From: Oikopleura dioica
Lineage: Eukaryota; Animalia; Chordata
Direction: 5' to 3'
Length of the DNA stretch: 64,000 nt
NCBI GenBank assembly: GCA_907165135.1
Contig: OU015566.1
Location: 7,626,001 to 7,690,000, forward strand
Shown here: positions 11,900 through 22,348 of the stretch, one piece after another
Numbering within the stretch: position 1 is the stretch's first letter
Layout of the letters: the number at the start of each line of letters is the position of its first letter
Program-made: the position numbers and the translations under genes
The notes under the pieces: generated by a model
Database searches by the model: none
The model's input: the letters and a program-made list of their open reading frames with translations, nothing else
What the model was told of the DNA's origin: nothing

Positions 11900-12540
11900 A
11901 TGAACCGCATAAACGTTTTGAAGCGCAGAGAAAATCGGGAAAATCGACCACTTGCTGCATCCTCTCCAAGGCCTGGTCCTCCCTACGGAAGGCGAGTACT
12001 AGCGGATGTAAATGGCAGGAGCCCGGCGCTGAATATCAGGTAATATTTCAAAAGAAAATTTTGATCCATTGATGTCCATTTACTCGATCATTAGCTCGAT
12101 CCCGATGAGTGGAGAGGGTAGAGGGCGTCTTCAATCGGAAGATGTCCCGAGTATGGACACCTTCTCCGAGGACACGATCGACCATCAGACTCAGGTCCCG
12201 ACTGGTGACATCAGCCATTTTATTCGCAGCTTGAGGGACAAGAAAAACAAGTACAAACGAATGGTTAGTTCACCCTCTCATTATTCTCAATTCATTGTTA
12301 ATTCAGGCTCTCGAGGCGAGGAAAGCACTGCAGGATCTGTCAAACATTGTGACTGACAAGCTTCCGGTCATCGACGCCCTCGAGCTCGGCGTAAACAAGA
12401 TTCACAACACTGTTGAAGCGACGAAGCGACGCCAGAATGTCGTCTTCATCTTTTTGTCGCTTCTGGGGGCAATTATTTACGCTATGTTCTTAGAATGTAA
12501 AGAACTCACTGCGACAACTAACGGCAGTCCATACGTCTAA
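11900..12540 (+). CDS. Unknown tail-anchored protein (short coiled coil plus C-terminal transmembrane segment)
   Basis: TTTTAG acceptor before the ATG. Three exons joined by GT-AG introns stay in frame. Hydrophobic VVFIFLSLLGAIIYAMFL near the C-terminus. Confidence 0.65.
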
Positions 12541-12594
12541 GACAGGGCTTCCGCTAGTTGTGATCACATTTCACGCCTTTTTACCTTTCACAGT

Positions 12595-13389
12595 TCACGA
12601 AATACATTTTCTATTAAAATCCTTCTTTGCTTTTTGTCGCATTAATGAATCAATAAGAAAGCCGCACCTGAGAATATTCCTATCAAATGGAATAAATTTG
12701 TCAAAGGCGAATGGATTTTTAAATGTCTTATCTTCCTTCATTCGAAAATAAACGTCATAAATCGCCTTCAACTCTTGAACCAAGAAATCATCCGCCAATC
12801 TGGGCATGCTCCCGTGGATAATGGTCCCATGCTCCGCGATAAGTTCATTGTTTTCATCCCAAAAGTCGTCGAAGTTCTCGAAATCGCCAAATAAATGACT
12901 CGAAATCAGAATTATTGAAGCTTTCGCTGCATTTTGAGCATTATTGTGAACCGAGCGATCTATCCTTTCCTCGCCCTGTTTCGAGACAAAGCTGTTTTCA
13001 ACGACACTTAGAAAGAGATTAGAAATTGGATTGGATTCGAAATCCGATTCGAACCATGTGACCTCTAACTTGTCTAACCCTTTCCTAGAACAGTAATTTG
13101 CAACCAAAATCTGCCCAGCTGTCAACACCTTCGGCAGCTTCTTTTCCCAATCTTCATCAAACTCTCTGTTAATCGCTAACCATCCTCCATCCCCCGAGCC
13201 CTGAATCAACGGAATCTTCAAAACCCATCTGGTACTACTCTCGTTTCTATCTCTTTTCCCACGGTTGCCAAAGCTTGCGTTGAGCTTAGAAGGCAAAGAT
13301 GCTGATGCGACTATTCCAGCAACCCACGTTTTTCGTAGGGCTGGTACGTCCTTGTCCTCGCTAGAGAACCTGACGAATTTGTGATTCAT
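12595..13389 (-). CDS. Hypothetical protein, about 264 aa
   Basis: Long uninterrupted ORF with protein-like composition and a TTCAG acceptor immediately before the ATG. No recognised domain. Confidence 0.65.
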   Translation of the reverse strand: MNHKFVRFSSEDKDVPALRKTWVAGIVASASLPSKLNASFGNRGKRDRNESSTRWVLKIPLIQGSGDGGWLAINREFDEDWEKKLPKVLTAGQILVANYCSRKGLDKLEVTWFESDFESNPISNLFLSVVENSFVSKQGEERIDRSVHNNAQNAAKASIILISSHLFGDFENFDDFWDENNELIAEHGTIIHGSMPRLADDFLVQELKAIYDVYFRMKEDKTFKNPFAFDKFIPFDRNILRCGFLIDSLMRQKAKKDFNRKCIS

Positions 13390-13627
13390 TCTGAACTTCA
13401 ACCCTGTTAAAGACAAAGTCCCCTGTCTTCCCTACTGACTAGTCTACCCTTTCCAACAACTGTATCTACACGACCACCACGACGACTATTGATACTAACA
13501 TTGGTTTGTAAAAAGGAAAAATTTATTCAAAAATCGAAGAACTCAAAAAGTATTAAAAATAAAAATGAGAATATGTTGTGCTTTCGGAAGAGGCAGGTGA
13601 TATGCTGGAATGTGATGAAAACGATTT

Positions 13628-15549
13628 CTATTCTTTCGAGGTCTCCTCTCCGTCGATTTTGACTGAATCAATCTGCTTCTTCAAAATTTCATTGTCGAGT
13701 TTGCTTTCCATGTTGTACAACCGCTGCTCGAGAATTGCCACGGTTTGGGTGAGGACGTCCATTTGACGGACCATTTCTTGCATTACTTTTTCGACGTTAG
13801 GAGGTAGCTTTTGATCTTCGAGTGCATGTGCGATGTTTTCTTGTGTAGAATTTAACTGAAATATGATTGTATTCACGAGTAAATTTTGAAAACATGCTAA
13901 TAGTTTTAATAGACTGATTTTTATTGTCAAGGAAAATTTTATTGTTTTCGGGAAAGAGGGTCTTGATAAAGATCTATATTTTACGAAATAGGTCGATAAG
14001 AAATTTTGATAGAAGATCATTATCAATAGTCTTAACAGATGGTTACGGGCTATATTTAGTGGGTCTGTGTTGCTAGAACTCATTCGTTACGAAAATGTAG
14101 CACCAGTAGAACTAGCACCTGTGTCAAGTACACATTTATCTTGTGTTTGTTTTTTTTTCTTCAAAATAAATACCAATTTAATATAGTCATATAGTTTTTT
14201 TTAAAGATTCTCACCTGAGGATCAGGCAAACTGCCAGCTATCGGTGGCCCGAGAGTCCTAACTTCAGGTGTATTTGTCTGTTCGCTAAGAGCTTTTCTAC
14301 TTCGAAGACCAGTCGCTGTCGCAGGTCTACTACCAGGACGAGCAGAGCCAGGGCGCGCTGTACTCGGCCGACTGATGCTCTTTTTCTTTGGCTTTTTCTC
14401 AGGTTCCTCTTCTTCGGGAGAATCAAAATTTGTTTTCCAAACGATAACTTGCTCATCCTATAACCAACTTTTTTCTCAAGAAAATGAGACGAAATGGCTA
14501 CCTGTCCACCAGAGGCAAAACGAGTTCCATCTTGAGCAAACGCTACTGAATTTACTTGACCACTGTGTCCATGAAGAGTGTAACACATGCGGCCTTCCAT
14601 AATATCCAAAACTTTAAGTGTTCCGTCGTTTGAGCCTGTGAGAATCCAGCTTCCACTTGGATGAAATGCTAATTGATTGACTGGTCCTGAATGTACCTAG
14701 AAATAAAGACGATGAGTCCTAGTCGATTTCAAGAAGGGAATTTCTTACTGTGTAATGTTGAAGAAGCTTATTTGTTCTAATATCCCATATTCTCGTTGAT
14801 CTATCATCGCCACACGCGGCTATGCAATTTCCACTTGGATGAAATCTAAAATAGTCCGTGGTAAAGATTTTTTTGAGAATTTCAAGCAGACCTGACGCAA
14901 TTTATTTGACCAGCGCTTTCGAGAAATTCAGCAATATTGTTTTTGTTTCTCAGATCCCAGAGTTTTACGACTTTATCATCACCACCAGACACGGCTAGTC
15001 GGGAGTCCGGACTTAGCCTGACTGATCTGACCCAATTTGTGTGTCCTGTGAGGGAGAATTTGAATTGTTGTCTGTTAACTTCCCAGAGTTTTACTGTTTT
15101 ATCATCACTACAAAATCCTTAGAAAAAAAGTCTAAAAGAAGAGGCCTACCTGCAGGTAATAATTTGTGAACAATCATCAGAGAAATTGATTCCTCTAACA
15201 GCCGCCGTATGTGCCTTGAAGGGTGTCGATTCTCCTTTCACAGACGGTATCCAAAGTCTGACTGTTTTATCTGATGATGCTGTAGCGATAATCTGCCCTG
15301 TTGATGAAAATTCAACATCGTTGATTGCCTCTTTGTGGCCCAAAAATCTGTACGCACGAGCTGACTGTCTAAAATTCCACACCATGAGTTCTCCATCTGC
15401 CGATCCCGTTGCCGCCTAAAATCGAGTTATTCCTAATCAAGAAACTGTCCAATTACCTGTTTTAAATTTGGATTGAATGCGACGCATTTGACAGCATCTT
15501 TGTGCCCTTTATAGTGATGCTCCACAATCGGATCACCCCCTGCGCCCAT
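13628..15549 (-). CDS. POC1: POC1 centriolar WD40 protein
   Basis: [15 protein letters not shown]..., AYRFLGHK...[27 protein letters not shown]...[14 protein letters not shown], and the C-terminal Poc1 coiled coil ([16 protein letters not shown]). Confidence 0.93.
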
Positions 15550-15629
15550 TCTAAAATATTCCGTTTCAATTTTGTTTAGGGAGCAGTAGGTGCATTGAAA
15601 AGTAGTTATAGTTAGGTAAATTATCCTAT

Positions 15630-15846
15630 TTATTTGCCAGCAGCTTTCGCCGCCTTGGCCATTGCTAGTTTTTTCGCCTTCATGGCTTCTGCCAGCTCTT
15701 TGAATCGCAACATGCATTCTCTTTTTGATCTGGAGCCGACCTGCAAAGCGCAAGAGTAAAAATAATTCTAGAGACAAATTTTTCTTACCGCGGAGGCGAT
15801 TTTTTCCCATCTTTCTGGCTCCTTCGCTCCATATGTTCTCAGAGCT
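15630..15846 (-). CDS. DNAJC2: DNAJC2 3' remainder (second SANT domain) downstream of the transposon
   Basis: LRTYGAKEPERWEKIASA|VGSRSKRECMLRFKELAEAMKAKK...GK*, with a 48 nt GT-AG intron. It continues the sequence ...WAQDEQKRLEQALR that breaks at 22947. Confidence 0.92.
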
Positions 15847-15940
15847 GAGTAGGGCCCATTAGGTGTAAATACCCATTAGGTGTAAATTCCATTAGGTGTA
15901 ATTTTCTAGAAGGTGTAACACACCTAATGGATATTTACAC

Positions 15941-16819
15941 CTAATGGGAACTTACACCTATTGGGTGAAAATTCTTTGTTTTGGGACATTTGGTGTAAAT
16001 TGTTGCCGAATTCATTTCTTTCGATCGAAAAAACTCTGCGAAATCCGACTGCTGACGAGAAAATACAAAGAAAAACAAGAAAAAAAACCTTGATCTGCCT
16101 GAATATAAATAATACGAATAAAAGAGATTCTCAATAAAACCGGTCAAGAAGGAAGCTCTTTGATAATATCGTCCTTGAAGCCTCTTTATTTTTATAAAAT
16201 GAAACGACTTCTGCAGGAACCAAAGCATCGGACTTGAATTTACTTGCTCCATCAAAATCTTTTTCATCGAACTTTTTCTTTGGAAGCGAGCTCTGCGTTT
16301 GATTCGTTTATACAAGCCGATCATAATGCCTTTACACAGTTTTTGAATACTTCCCTCTAAATAATTGACAACAGAAGGAAATTCGTCACGAAGTAGGACA
16401 GTACCTGATTTGTACTTTTCGATGAAGAGACAAATCTCATGAATGAATCCTAACGAGCCAATAGTTGCAATCGACTTTTCCGAGTTAAGCTGCGACAGGA
16501 TAATCATCGACTCGTTAACGACATCTTTACATTTTGACGTGCGCACAATACTGTACAAAGGTCGTAGTAGTTCTGAAGTGACGCAGCCAAATTGGAGCAA
16601 TTTCAGGCACTAAATCACGATCGCGTCGTTTTCTTTGTGACTAAGCATGGTGAGCAGAAGTGGTCGGGAGTTCTGTGTCAGTTTCTCGCTCTTTGTGAAA
16701 AAAGAAATCGCTGTAGCTGCTGAGGAGGACTTGTAGTATTTCTCAAGATATGCCATCGAATCTTTGAGGTTGAGGTCTGCTTTCGGAGCTGGTACTTTCG
16801 TATTCATTGAGATCTTCAT
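15941..16819 (-). pseudogene. MULE-internal orphan ORF (helical, possibly ARM/HEAT-like) interrupted by one TAG
   Basis: ORFs 16610-16819 and 15941-16600 are in the same frame, separated only by TAG at 16612-16610. The frame runs into the left TIR. Confidence 0.5.
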
Positions 16820-16989
16820 CCATTTGCAGCTGCGTTGTCGTTTTGCTTAAAACACTGTTATACAATTATATTGACTATATGAATTTGAATTCTAGTGCTT
16901 CTAGAACTTAAGTCTACAGATATTTTCATAAAAATTGAACATTTACTTCTCGATTTTCTGCAGGAGTCTACTTATTATTAGAGATAAAA

Positions 16990-19790
16990 ATGAAGCGTAA
17001 AAAGGATGATGAAAAGAATGAGGATTTGGAATTAACAAAAGAAGTCAGCGACATGGTTAAGAAAGCGCCAAAAGCTAAACTTGAGCTCAAAGACTTGCTT
17101 ACGCCTGAACGTCCCCCAACGATGATTGAAACTCAAGAAATCATCGATGATTCTACCAGTACCGATCCAAAGGAAAAGTGCTCTTTATTAATAATTGAAT
17201 TACCTTGCAATTTGTCGTAAGGATAAACTTCCAAGTAGCCTCGGTCAGAAATGAGCAACCCTTTCGCGGAGAACTCTTCATCATCAAATTGAAATCTTGA
17301 GAGCACTAAATAGTTGATATCAGTTCAATTGGCAACAAGCATGGTCAATTTCATTTTCTTTATTTGCTTTGGACCTAATGAATTGTTCTCATATACTCCG
17401 CGCAATAAAGACGATTTTCAAGATCTTCCAAAAGAACTAGCAGCAAAATATCCAGGAGCAGGTCAAATAGAATGATTTACCCTTTAATATATACGGCATG
17501 CATCTTTAGGGCATTAACTTACCTAAAACGCTTCTCAATCGAGTAAATCATGTTGTGGACATCGCTTTGGCACTGTTGCTTGCCAAAATGCTGGAATTGT
17601 GACGGTTTTTTCGTGCGCTGAAATCAAAAATTATCATTTTGAGATCTGTTAAAAAGGATGGAAAAGAATGAATCTCAACTGTCAAAACCACCACGTTCGA
17701 AAGAATCTGGAAACATCTAACTGTAAAGCGAAAATATCGGTGCTTGTACGAAATTCTGATTACAAATCGAAAGAATTTTACGATGTTGAAAACTTTATAA
17801 TCTACGATCCAAGAAAATCTCATGTGGCGTTTGAAGTTTGTGGCTTTGGTGGTCATTTGAATGCACTGATTGATTGTTGGAAAAGATATGTGGTTTACAG
17901 ATTCCGTCGAAACGAGCTTGAATCACAGCCCCGGACTTCGAGAAAAATGCTTGAATTGTTGCAAGATGAAGTCGTTGACAGTGAAATTTCAAATCGAATT
18001 TTCGGTGGAAATGCCAAAAAGAATGCCAAAAAAGCGGCGCTTCGATTTAAAAACTCAAATGTCGCTGCCAAGGAAAAACAAATTGTGCCGACAAAATGCC
18101 ACTTCTTATATATGTTTCAACGATGGTGGGCGGATTCACGACTCCCTTCCCTTAGCAACGATTTCACGCGCCACAATATAGTGTTTTTTTTGGACCATGA
18201 CGCTCGCCGAAGTGAATATGCATCAAGTCTCAATATAGGAAGAGTTTTTTACCTTTATTGAGTACAGTTGAGTTGTTGTTATTGTAGATGAGACAGGTTG
18301 TTTGTGAGTTCGCTCGTGATCTGAAAAAAAATATGAAACTCGAAAAGATGGAATAATGAGTGTCGTGAGTGCCGTCAAAAAACAGTGGCCACAACTTGTG
18401 ATGGTAACCGAACCTTGCCGCGATCAATCGAACAAATTCAAGGTCGGGTTTTTTTTATTTAAGTCGCTTGGTGTCGCTTATTCGGGCTTTTGTTTTCGGG
18501 GTAATCATCAAAAATCGACGGTGCGTTAAAAAACCTGTCAAGGGTTATTGCGTTGACCGAATGACTTGTCTCCTCAAAGATCACAAAGCGGAAACATATG
18601 AAGCGTTATGGGCATTCTTCAAAAGCCAAACGAATGGGCTCCCTAATCTTCGCTATGTGTGCAGTGACTGGGAGAAATCCTTTATCTCTGCTCACAAAAC
18701 TGTCCTGCCCGGCGTTATTCATATAAAGTGTTCCTTCCACTTGTATCAATCCTGGAAACGCCGGGCAGGACAGGAAGGCCTCTTGAAGGCTTGGGAGGAA
18801 GAACGGACACAAGTCATCAGGAAGGTTTTATAAAATGAGATTGCTAACATTTGCTATTTTACCTTTGATCTTTTAGCATCAGCTGATTTGTAGATAAGTT
18901 TCCGCTCTCCGACTCGCTTGAGGTTTCGGTTGCCATTCGGGCAAATCTTCTGCGGAAGATGAATTTTTTCTGACTGAGCTTCAAAATGAAGAATACACAG
19001 GCGCTTTTGGTCTTCATTGGAGGTGTGTATTGATAACTGTGCGCTTAGAATGGGTATTATTTGAAATCAATTAAAAATCGTCCACAAAATCAAATTCTGA
19101 CGTATTTTCGTACCTTGGCAAATAGTATCGATGAACTTGATTTTTTTTGTTGCTAGTTTGCGCTCTTGGTTGACTTAATAAAGGACTTGTAGTTTTGCTC
19201 AGCTTTTTCTTTTCTCCGGCTTTGAGGACTTCCTCGATGTTCAGATTGACATCGAGAGCTCCTGTGCATTCGCCAGCGAAGATCTTTCTCGCTCCGTGAC
19301 GGATCATGTTCAACATTTCCTTTTGATTGAGCTTCTTGTTCTGATCTATTGATCATCGTTGAGGGTTTCTAAAAGGGGGATTAGTATTGTGAAAGTCAGT
19401 TAATTTCATTTTATAAAATCAATAAGGAATTGTCTGTATTCTGCGCCTTATTTCCCTGTTGGACAAGATGAATTTCGGGCTGTTTTCATCGAAATCATCA
19501 CAGAAGAGTGCCAAAAAAATCTTGAAATCGACGGTAATGCTGTTGAGTCGATGGATGTTGATGACGAAAACGCGAAAAAAGAGGTGGATGTTGATGATGA
19601 CGAAAACGCGAAAGAAAAGGTGGATGTTGATGACGGCGAAAAGAAGAAAAAGAAGAATGGATGGATCGCTTATCGCGACTACCTCCTCAAGAACTATTTC
19701 AACGAAGACGCCACATTCAAGCCTAGTGAATGGGCCGATAAATCATCCAATATGATCAAAACTGGGGAAATCGATAGCACTAATAACGCC
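16990..19790 (+). CDS. MULE (Mutator) DDE transposase, multi-exon
   Basis: Motifs in the expected order: C-x-C-H zinc-finger-like region (NCQ...NCKAKI...GGH), TCDGNRTLP..IEQI (first D), YVCSDWEKSF..A...LPG...KCSFHLYQSW (second D and CxxH), APYFP, YLLKNYF...W, and STNNA. Exon joins are only partly resolved. Confidence 0.8.
19190..19350 (-). pseudogene. Captured ISWI (SMARCA5/SMARCA1-like) gene fragment
   Basis: IDQNKKLNQKEMLNMIRHGARKIFAG...IEEVLKAGEKK, then (frameshift) AEQN. This resembles ISWI [27 protein letters not shown]...IDGILERGAKKTAEMN. Confidence 0.65.
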
Positions 19791-19827
19791 AGGCTTGGTT
19801 TGATCATTTTTACCTAAATTTTTCTCC

Positions 19828-21415
19828 ATGATTTCGACCACGGTCTCTCTATTTTTATTCGAATTGAGCAGCGCTTCTCATCAGCTTCATGACCAGCGAC
19901 AACAACAGCTTGACTCGTTTCTAAAATATCAATTAACTTTTGAAATCAACGATGAACCAAGATTTAGCGAGAGTGTAAATGCACGACTCTTGCGCGGTCT
20001 GCAGTCTAAGCCTGATGTTCAAGAGCTTTGCAAAGTGATCACAAATCGCAAGAAAACGACGTTTAACGATGAGTTGAGCTATCTTGAAGATGGAAAATGG
20101 CCAATAAAAACAACGCAAAAAACTGGTACAACATGGATGGTTAAATTTAACGCTATGCAACGATTCTATCGAAAGTTGGATCGACAGTCTTCTTCCATGC
20201 CTCTAAAAATAAGCCATGCTGAGCTGAAAAAGCTTGTAATATCGACTTCAAAAGATCTAAAAGGGGCGTCGACCGAGGCAAAAAGATTACTCTCTTCAAA
20301 AGACGCACTTGACAAGTTCCTTTGTGACCTGGATCGCAGAAATCCAGTGTTTGAGACTTTTCTCGCTGGAATGAATTTCAATTTGGTCGAAAAGAAAGAA
20401 GAAAACGCAAAAAAGAAAAAGGGCTCACCTGGTCATGAAATCAACGAAGAGAACCTTCCAGCAATGGGCGAGCATAGCGGCGCCTTTGTGAGGAAAACAG
20501 ATGAAATCAAGGAAGAAAAGCGTCGTATTGATGTCCTTGAAGAAGCCGCGGAATACACAGAAGTTAAGACAGCAACAAACAACGATGAATCGTCCAATTC
20601 CATTCTTCTTGAGGAATCTGAAAATGCAATGAAATACGAAAACGAGCTTGATAGAAAAATGTTCAAAACTCCAACTTTCAAGTTTGAAAAGTTTAATGGC
20701 TACAAGATGTCATTTGAAGCAGAAAATATCGCTAAAAATATACAAAAATGGCCTGAAGGACAGCTGGTCAATTTAATAGAAAAGGAGGAAGTTCGCGTCC
20801 GAGATCTGTTGCCACTTTACAAACTTCGAACAGAAACAAAAGACAAAATTCTGGACTTGTTTATCATCATTATGAGACATTACCAACAGCAACACCAAAC
20901 TAATGATATTATTCTTGAAGACACGAAATTCTCACAAATGGTCTTTCAAGGAAAAAATTTTGCTGGTACTGGTTATCATCCATCAGAAATAAAACGATTT
21001 GTTTGCCCTGTCTTTATCCCTGGTCGAGTTGGACACTGGATAATTGTCAAGGCGGATAGAGAGGAAAAAATATTTACAATTTACGACTCTTTGAATTTCG
21101 AAGATTATGGAGATGTCTATCAAGGCAAATTTCAAAAAATATTAGATTAATTAACCGTATCATAAGCGCAATTGGAAATTTAATTAAGTGTTTCTTGAAG
21201 TATTCGAAGAAGACGAAAAGGACTGGGCTCCTATATATCAAAAATGCCCAAAACAAAAATACATGGACTGCGGCATTAATGTGGCGTATGGATTATTTTT
21301 CATCGTGTGCCTAAATCTGGAGAACTATTCAACAAAACTCAAGGAGAGCTCCAAAAATTTACGACTAAATTTGGCAGCGTGCATATCCACTGGCGAATTA
21401 ATGATTGGTACCTGA
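19828..21415 (+). CDS. C-terminal part of the MULE gene with an Ulp1/SENP-like (C48) cysteine protease domain
   Basis: PVFIPGRVGHWIIV...TIYDSL (His, Asp) and CPKQKYMDCG (Gln, Cys), joined across a short intron, probably GC-AG at 21125-21188. Confidence 0.82.
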
Positions 21416-21495
21416 TGTTTGGCGAACCAGCTGTAAGATTTTACTTTCCAGTACTTCTTTTTCTTAAATAAACATAATCAGAAACAGAGATTTAT

Positions 21496-22348
21496 TCAGT
21501 TATTTACTTTCGAGTACAAAAGCGTATCGCTGAGCCCCTCAACCGCAACTGCGAGGCGTTGATTATGCCAGGACATTTGGAGGACGTCGCCTTCGAAGCC
21601 TTCGATTTCGCGAGCTTCTTCGTCCGGGCCCATGATTCCTTCGAAAGACGCGATGAAGATCTAAAATGAGGGTGAGAAATCGTAAACATGGACGGAGCAC
21701 TTGCCTTGTTTTTGATGGCGAAAATGATCTTTTGATCGTCATGTGACCAACAGACGTTCAAAGCAGGGCCTTCCAAATTGCACCAGGTTCCTTCATTTGT
21801 CCAGGTTACGCAGCTGAAAGAACAGTTTATTGGTCATAAATTGAGCGCAGTTTTACCTAAAAATGGCGATAGAATCGCTTTCAGAAACGACCAGTTTCTC
21901 TCCCGAGTTACTAAATCCGACGAAGGCAACACAACTTGTCCAACTTGTCGCTGAACGAGTTCTTCTCGATCCGAGTCCCAGATTTAGACAAAAGTCGCGT
22001 TCTTCGAACTCAGCGCCAGAAGCGAGCTGAACGGGTCCCAAGAAAGCGAGTGGATCGGCTTCAAAACTTTGCCAAAAAAGGTCGACATTTTCCGCGAAGG
22101 AAAGTTCTTCGTGACAGACGTTCGTGCTCTCGAGGAATTGGTCATCAGCGCCGCCTGGATTTCGCGTTCGACGCTAGAATTTTACAATTTATTTTCAAAA
22201 ATCCCTTCTAAAAGATTACCTCAAGTTCATGAGTCAGCGGTCGAGGGAGATTCTCAACGATTTGATGAACTGGTCTTCCTTTTTCTGCGAATATTAACTT
22301 TCCTCTTGATTCGGAGTAGCATCTCTCTTCTGCTCCTGGACTCATCAT
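21496..22348 (-). CDS. Captured, internally deleted Aladin (AAAS)-like WD40 gene
   Basis: Four exons (22348-22220, 22173-21857, 21813-21705, 21660-21496) with 43-46 nt introns give an open frame of 239 aa. VAFVGFSNSGEKLVV...WTNEGTWCNLEGPALNVCWSHDDQKIIF...QMSWHNQRLAVAVEG is collinear with Aladin WD repeats. AATAAA lies at the stop codon. Confidence 0.6.

Noticed and set aside
14640-15110. Repeated DNA segments (TTCCACTTGGATGAAAT twice; CCCAGAGTTT...TTTATCATCAC twice) as a genomic duplication
   Set aside because: They are codon-level similarity between neighbouring POC1 WD40 repeats (FHPSG; DDKTVKLW).
15847-15963. Short regular repeats here, at 22829-22946, 39932-40080 and 40170-40440 as CRISPR-like arrays
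   Set aside because: There are no unique spacers of constant length and the context is eukaryotic. All lie in transposon termini bounded by TSDs.
18230-18427. Minus-strand LFFDGTH as an inverted piece of the MULE first-Asp motif
   Set aside because: The plus strand already supplies TCDGNRTLP..IEQI in the correct order and orientation, so the minus-strand match is probably chance.
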